This document shows positions 8,290 to 12,430 of a stretch of DNA of 12,430 bases, one piece after another. The notes beneath the pieces are model-generated. The model was given only the letters and a program-made list of their open reading frames with translations. It made no database searches and was not told the DNA's origin. Origin of the DNA: Abditibacteriaceae bacterium (lineage in GTDB: Bacteria > Armatimonadota > Abditibacteriia > Abditibacteriales > Abditibacteriaceae); NCBI GenBank assembly GCA_031425655.1, contig JANPJS010000242.1:1-12430 (forward strand). Reading direction: 5' to 3'. A program made the position numbers and the translations under genes. Positions within the stretch are counted from its first letter, which is position 1. The number at the start of each line of letters is the position of its first letter.

Positions 8290-9186
8290 TTAATGAAGCC
8301 AGCTCAAATCTCGACTGATAAGTAATTCGCTCATTTCGGCATGATGCGTGTTCTTCATGGCTACGGCTTGAGTTTCAAAGCCAAACTTTTCCGCTAATTC
8401 CAAAACGCCTTGTGCGTTATCGTAAGTCATTAAAAAGTCGCCTTCAAGTGCTGCGGCTATTCTAAATAATTCTTCGTGGTCGAGTTGGTTGTGTGTGTAA
8501 AGGCGTGTGCCGGCTCGCTTTCCTGCTCCTGACGCGGTGTAGGGCGGGTCAATGAAGAAAACGGCATCGGCGCGATTGGCGTTATCTCGAAGCACCTGCA
8601 TTCCATCGCCTTCGATAAATTGGATGCTGTCGCGCCAGCTCACAATATCAAGAATGCGCTTGCTCAATGTTTCGGGATACCAACGCGATTTGATGCCTTT
8701 CCCGTTCTCCCCGTGCTTCAATATGCCGGCGCCCGGCGCTAAAATGCCGCCGTGATTGATGCGGTTTTTCAACAGCGTGCGAAATGCCATCTCCCGCAAG
8801 TTCGGTTCGGGCTTGCTCAAGACTTGCTGCACGCTTTCCGGTGTCATATCGAAATTGACAATGCTGTCGGCAAGCCATTCTCCGCCGCCCGGTTGCTGCA
8901 AAATAACGCGCCAAACGGCGGCGACTTGCTCGTCGCGTTCAACCATCGTGACCCATTCGGCGCGGCATTCAAAAGCGGTAGTCAAACTGGCGATTCCGCC
9001 GCCGCCGAACGGTTCGATGAATTCGCGCGGCTTAGCGGGCTGGCTTTCGAGCCATAGTCGCAAGCGTGGAACAAGCCACGTTTTTCCGCCCGGATAGCGA
9101 AAAGGACTGCGCTGCGGCACGCTCGCCACATTGACGATGCCGATTGCAGCCGTAACCGTTTCTTCACCGAATAAAGTGGATTGCAT
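8290..9186 (-). CDS. DNA amino-methyltransferase, Dam/D12 alpha class (probable N6-adenine)
   Basis: 298 aa with RSPFRYPGGKT and FIEPFGGGG (motifs X/I) N-terminal to FIDPPY (motif IV). ATG overlaps the endonuclease stop (TAATG). Confidence 0.92.
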   Translation of the reverse strand: MQSTLFGEETVTAAIGIVNVASVPQRSPFRYPGGKTWLVPRLRLWLESQPAKPREFIEPFGGGGIASLTTAFECRAEWVTMVERDEQVAAVWRVILQQPGGGEWLADSIVNFDMTPESVQQVLSKPEPNLREMAFRTLLKNRINHGGILAPGAGILKHGENGKGIKSRWYPETLSKRILDIVSWRDSIQFIEGDGMQVLRDNANRADAVFFIDPPYTASGAGKRAGTRLYTHNQLDHEELFRIAAALEGDFLMTYDNAQGVLELAEKFGFETQAVAMKNTHHAEMSELLISRDLSWLH

Positions 9187-10106
9187 TAAAAGCTCTCCGC
9201 ATCGGTTTGTTCTTCTACCAAACCGAGTGGTGGCTCGACATCCGGTGATAGCTCCGATGCCGGCGGTGTGCCCATGATCTTGCCGCGCTTAATTCTTTCT
9301 TCCAACCCTTTTATGAATACGCTGACTTCGCCGGCATCGGCTATGGTGATGGCGCTCAGCGCATCCTGAAAGCTTGTATAGTGCGTTTTGGCTGCTTCCA
9401 ACTTATAGCGATTTTGGGCCGTGTCCAAATTCAGGTCGTAGGTCAGCCACGCTATTTCTGCGCTCGCCTCGTCAACTTCGGGCAACACCGGCAATTGCTC
9501 GAAAAAGGGAGTATGAACCACAACCGCCATTTTCTTGCCCCATGTGTTAAGAATGCCGCCTTTGAAAATAAGCTGCGGCGCAAGGCGTTTACGCGACGAG
9601 GATAAATAATCGGGTTTCGGATAGCCAAGCGACGGCCATTCCATAGTTGCACGAGCCGCAGGGTCGCTCATATAGTGCTTAAAAGGCTTCTTCACATTGC
9701 CAGAAACGTAAACGGCTTGCACTTCCAACGCGCCAAAATCAACGATTTGGTCATCGGCGCCCAGCGCGACCAAAACCATGTCAATGTTGCCCGCTGATTT
9801 TCCATTTCTGTCGTTTAATCGAACTTCGGTAAGTGCTAAATAGCGTGTATTTGGTGAGAAAAAGAAGCGGGCCGCATCAGTGACAATCAACATATCCTGA
9901 CGGAATCGAACCGGGCAAGTGATGGCCGGCGCGTCTTTGTGAGATACGGTGCAAACGCCTAATGGGTCGGTTTTGCTGTCTTTGGTGCAGTGCAAACCGG
10001 ACGAATTATGAAACGGGCACAATCTACCCGCGCGGTGTCTGGTTGCTTCCGGCGACATATCCGTAACGCTGTAGCCAAAAACTTCGACCAGAGGATGTTT
10101 GGGCAT
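9186..10106 (-). CDS. Type II restriction endonuclease, NotI family
   Basis: 306 aa with N-terminal EVFG and four cysteines (C30, C40, C52, C64; CPF..C.K..GVC..CPVRF) like the NotI metal-binding domain. GNIDMVLV..ALEVQAVY is a PD-(D/E)xK-type core with ExQ, followed by the SSRKRLAPQLIFKG motif. Coupled to a methyltransferase. Confidence 0.85.
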   Translation of the reverse strand: MPKHPLVEVFGYSVTDMSPEATRHRAGRLCPFHNSSGLHCTKDSKTDPLGVCTVSHKDAPAITCPVRFRQDMLIVTDAARFFFSPNTRYLALTEVRLNDRNGKSAGNIDMVLVALGADDQIVDFGALEVQAVYVSGNVKKPFKHYMSDPAARATMEWPSLGYPKPDYLSSSRKRLAPQLIFKGGILNTWGKKMAVVVHTPFFEQLPVLPEVDEASAEIAWLTYDLNLDTAQNRYKLEAAKTHYTSFQDALSAITIADAGEVSVFIKGLEERIKRGKIMGTPPASELSPDVEPPLGLVEEQTDAESF

Positions 10107-10129
10107 AAAACTAAGGATACAGCTTTAGC

Positions 10130-11407
10130 TCATCTGGCCCACTCCGGCGCGTCTTTCAAGCGATAAAGCATTTCACCGGCTTTGGCGACGTAAAGAATGC
10201 CTTCATCTTCGCGGTTTTGGAAATCCGCCGGGTTAATCGTGGCCGGGTCGCGGTAGCCCATGTTGATGGCGGCGCAGCGTCCGGGCGAAATTTGCGTGGC
10301 GAGCGTCACTTTGACGCGCGGTTTTTCGATTCCGTCCTCGAAAGTGCCAATGCCGCGAACGTGCGTCGAATGCGCTAAAACGCCCCACGGATGATCTTTA
10401 AACTTGTCCCACTGCTTGAGGAAATAATCGCGCACATGATAACCGATGGCCTCGATTTCCGCGCTGTGCGTAACCGAAACCTCGCTGATATGCGGCGCAT
10501 AAATAATCAATTCGCCGCCGTCGGCCAAAACCGGCTCTAATTTATACATACACTTGCCGCCCGTCCACAAATCTTCATACATCGTCGGGCAGCACGCCAA
10601 AACGGTGTGAAACGGGCGCTCTTTGTAAGTAATGTGCAATTTGTCCGAGAGCTTGGCGGCTTGCTGCCACGCGGCTTCGGGCGTGCCGGCGTAAAGACCG
10701 GCAAGCTGATTCTGATGAACGGTCATGCAAAACGCGGCGCGCGGAATCGGCACCATTTGCGCGGCTTCGTCCACGACGGCGCGCACCGGAGTCCATTTGG
10801 CGCCGATGATTTTCGGATTGCTGATAACCGCGCCGAGCCAGTGAAAGAAATTGAGAATTTCCGCGCCGCCGATGCCAGGAAACAAATATTTGTTGCCGCC
10901 CGAAAAGCCGACGACTTCGTGCGGGAAAACCGGGCCTAAAATCAACAGCAAATCATAATCGAAGATTTTGCGGTTGATTTGCACGCGCACGTCCATCTCG
11001 AACAAGCCGTTCGACAATTCGCCGATGCGCGAAGCCGGAATCGTTCCGATGTCGGCTAATTCCGCCGGGTTATCCCATTCGTGATTGAAAACGCGCACCC
11101 CGCCGAATTTGCTGGCGCGTTCTTCGGCTGAAATCTCCAAACGATGATTAATCGCTTCGTCGCTCATCGGCTGATGTGTGCCCAGCGCGATCATCACATC
11201 AAGCTGCGCGACATCGCGCCCGATGAGTTCGTAAATCGTCTTGAATAGCAAGCCGACGGGCGCGGTGCGCGTGCCATCGGGGATAATCAGCAGCACTTTT
11301 TTGCCGCGTAGTTCGAGCGGACACAGAAAATCGGCGGCGATGCGCTGCACTTCGGCATCACTGAGAAAACGGTCGGTGGAACCGGCGCCAACGGTGGGGA
11401 AATTCAT
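10130..11407 (-). CDS. LarA-family (lactate racemase domain) 2-hydroxyacid racemase/epimerase
   Basis: Motifs IIPDGTRT, IALGTH, PHEVVGFSGGNKYLFPG, FFH and WTGGK correspond to LarA active-site and nickel-pincer-binding residues. Start placed at ATG 11407 (MNFPT); the ORF is open back to TTG 11461, so the start is uncertain. Confidence 0.85.
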   Translation of the reverse strand: MNFPTVGAGSTDRFLSDAEVQRIAADFLCPLELRGKKVLLIIPDGTRTAPVGLLFKTIYELIGRDVAQLDVMIALGTHQPMSDEAINHRLEISAEERASKFGGVRVFNHEWDNPAELADIGTIPASRIGELSNGLFEMDVRVQINRKIFDYDLLLILGPVFPHEVVGFSGGNKYLFPGIGGAEILNFFHWLGAVISNPKIIGAKWTPVRAVVDEAAQMVPIPRAAFCMTVHQNQLAGLYAGTPEAAWQQAAKLSDKLHITYKERPFHTVLACCPTMYEDLWTGGKCMYKLEPVLADGGELIIYAPHISEVSVTHSAEIEAIGYHVRDYFLKQWDKFKDHPWGVLAHSTHVRGIGTFEDGIEKPRVKVTLATQISPGRCAAINMGYRDPATINPADFQNREDEGILYVAKAGEMLYRLKDAPEWAR

Positions 11408-11503
11408 GGTTTCGCTTTGAAATGGATGTTCGTCGCGCAGTTTGCGACGTTCGCGCGACAAGCGGACGGGGACGACAGCAGGGCGACGAGCGACTTCACA
11501 AGA

Positions 11504-12313
11504 TTAAATCGTCGTCGCCGAGAAGCCGCCGTCCACGACGAGGTTGTGGCCGGTCAGGAAGCCGGAGGCTTTGTCGGATGCGAGGAAAACCGTAGCGCCG
11601 CCCAGTTCTTCGGCTTTGCCAAAGCGCGCCATCGGCGTGTGGCCGATGATCTGGCCGCCGCGTTCGGTGTAAGTGCCGTCGTCTTTGAAAAGCAGGGCGC
11701 GGTTTTGCTCGGCTGGGAAAAAGCCCGGACTGATCGCGTTGACGCGCACGCCGCGTTGCGCCCATTCGCGCGCTAAAAACTGCGTGAGATTAAGCACGGC
11801 GGCTTTGGCCGCAGAATAAGCGACGACGCGCGAAAGCGGCGTCATGCCCGACATCGAAGCGATATTAATAATGCTGCCCATTTCCGCCGCCAGCATCGCT
11901 TCGCCGAAGACTTGGCAGGGCAAAACGACGCCGCCCACGAGGTTTAAATCGAAAACTTCGCGCCACGCATCGAGGGGCAAATTGGAAAACTCCGCGCCCG
12001 GCGGCAACGTCGCTTCGGGACGGTTGCCGCCCGCCGCGTTGACTAAAATATCCACGAAATGATGCTCTTTGACGATGGCGTTGCGCGCTCGGATCAGCGA
12101 TTCGTGGTCGGTGGAATCGGCCATCTGAAAGTTCGCGGTGCCGCCGGCCAAGACGATTTTCTTGACGCGCTCGAAGCCGTTTTTCTCGTTGCGGCCCATG
12201 ACCACGACTTTGGCGCCGGCATCGGCCAAAGACATCGCCATCGCGCCGCCTAAAACGCCCGTGCCGCCGATGACAACAGCGGTTTTGCCCGTCAAATCGA
12301 AAAGACTATTCAT
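11504..12313 (-). CDS. SDR oxidoreductase, D-mannonate oxidoreductase / gluconate 5-dehydrogenase-like
   Basis: 269 aa with GGTGVLG, NAAGGN, INIASMSGMTPLSRVVAYSAAKAA, NAISPGFF and HTPMARFG, characteristic of the mannonate-reductase SDR subgroup. AGGA RBS at 12321-12324 (complement). Confidence 0.85.
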   Translation of the reverse strand: MNSLFDLTGKTAVVIGGTGVLGGAMAMSLADAGAKVVVMGRNEKNGFERVKKIVLAGGTANFQMADSTDHESLIRARNAIVKEHHFVDILVNAAGGNRPEATLPPGAEFSNLPLDAWREVFDLNLVGGVVLPCQVFGEAMLAAEMGSIINIASMSGMTPLSRVVAYSAAKAAVLNLTQFLAREWAQRGVRVNAISPGFFPAEQNRALLFKDDGTYTERGGQIIGHTPMARFGKAEELGGATVFLASDKASGFLTGHNLVVDGGFSATTI

Positions 12314-12346
12314 TGAAATGTCCTGTTAGGTTTGGAATCGCAAGAG

Positions 12347-12430
12347 TTTTAATGGAACACGGAGGCTTCGCCTACACGGAAACGACACAGATTTACACGG
12401 TTTTTCTATATTGAACAGCGAAAATCTGTG
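12347..12430. repeat. Intergenic palindrome, family C, uninterrupted left arm, truncated by window end
   Basis: TTTTAATGGAACACGGAGGCTTCGCCTACACGGAAACGACACAGATTTACACGG matches the 8034 element without the insertion. The right arm appears to begin at ATCTGTG (12424-12430). Confidence 0.85.

Noticed and set aside
8176..10200. Prophage, IS or integrase-driven island
   Set aside because: No integrase, transposase, terminal inverted repeats or tRNA. Only the R-M pair lies between the direct repeats.
10130..11407. Assigning gene symbols larA, uxuB, gdh or dam
   Set aside because: Family membership is clear but substrate or site specificity cannot be established from motifs alone.
11440..11503. Recurrent CGAC/GCGAC words between the SDR and larA-like genes
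   Set aside because: Irregular spacing and low information in GC-rich DNA. No convincing repeat unit or stem.

Overview
Bacterial window of moderately high GC. The + strand carries a glucose 1-dehydrogenase-like SDR and a GH63-like glucosidase. They converge on a - strand run: mannonate oxidoreductase-like SDR, LarA-family racemase/epimerase, NotI-family restriction endonuclease, Dam-type methyltransferase, three sugar ABC transporter genes and a hypothetical gene. Two non-coding structures stand out. (1) Every large intergenic gap holds a long REP/MITE-like palindrome. Three different palindromes each carry the same 21-22 nt mini-hairpin (ATCC(T)GCCCAGAGGGCRCCCGA) in only one arm and in the same polarity, and 'empty' relatives occur in the same window. 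This suggests a very small mobile element that targets these repeats. (2) The restriction-modification pair lies between two diverged copies (62/71 nt) of the 3' end of the larA-like gene, suggesting insertion with replacement of the gene's tail. All alignments and counts were done by eye, and family assignments come from motif recognition, not database searches.
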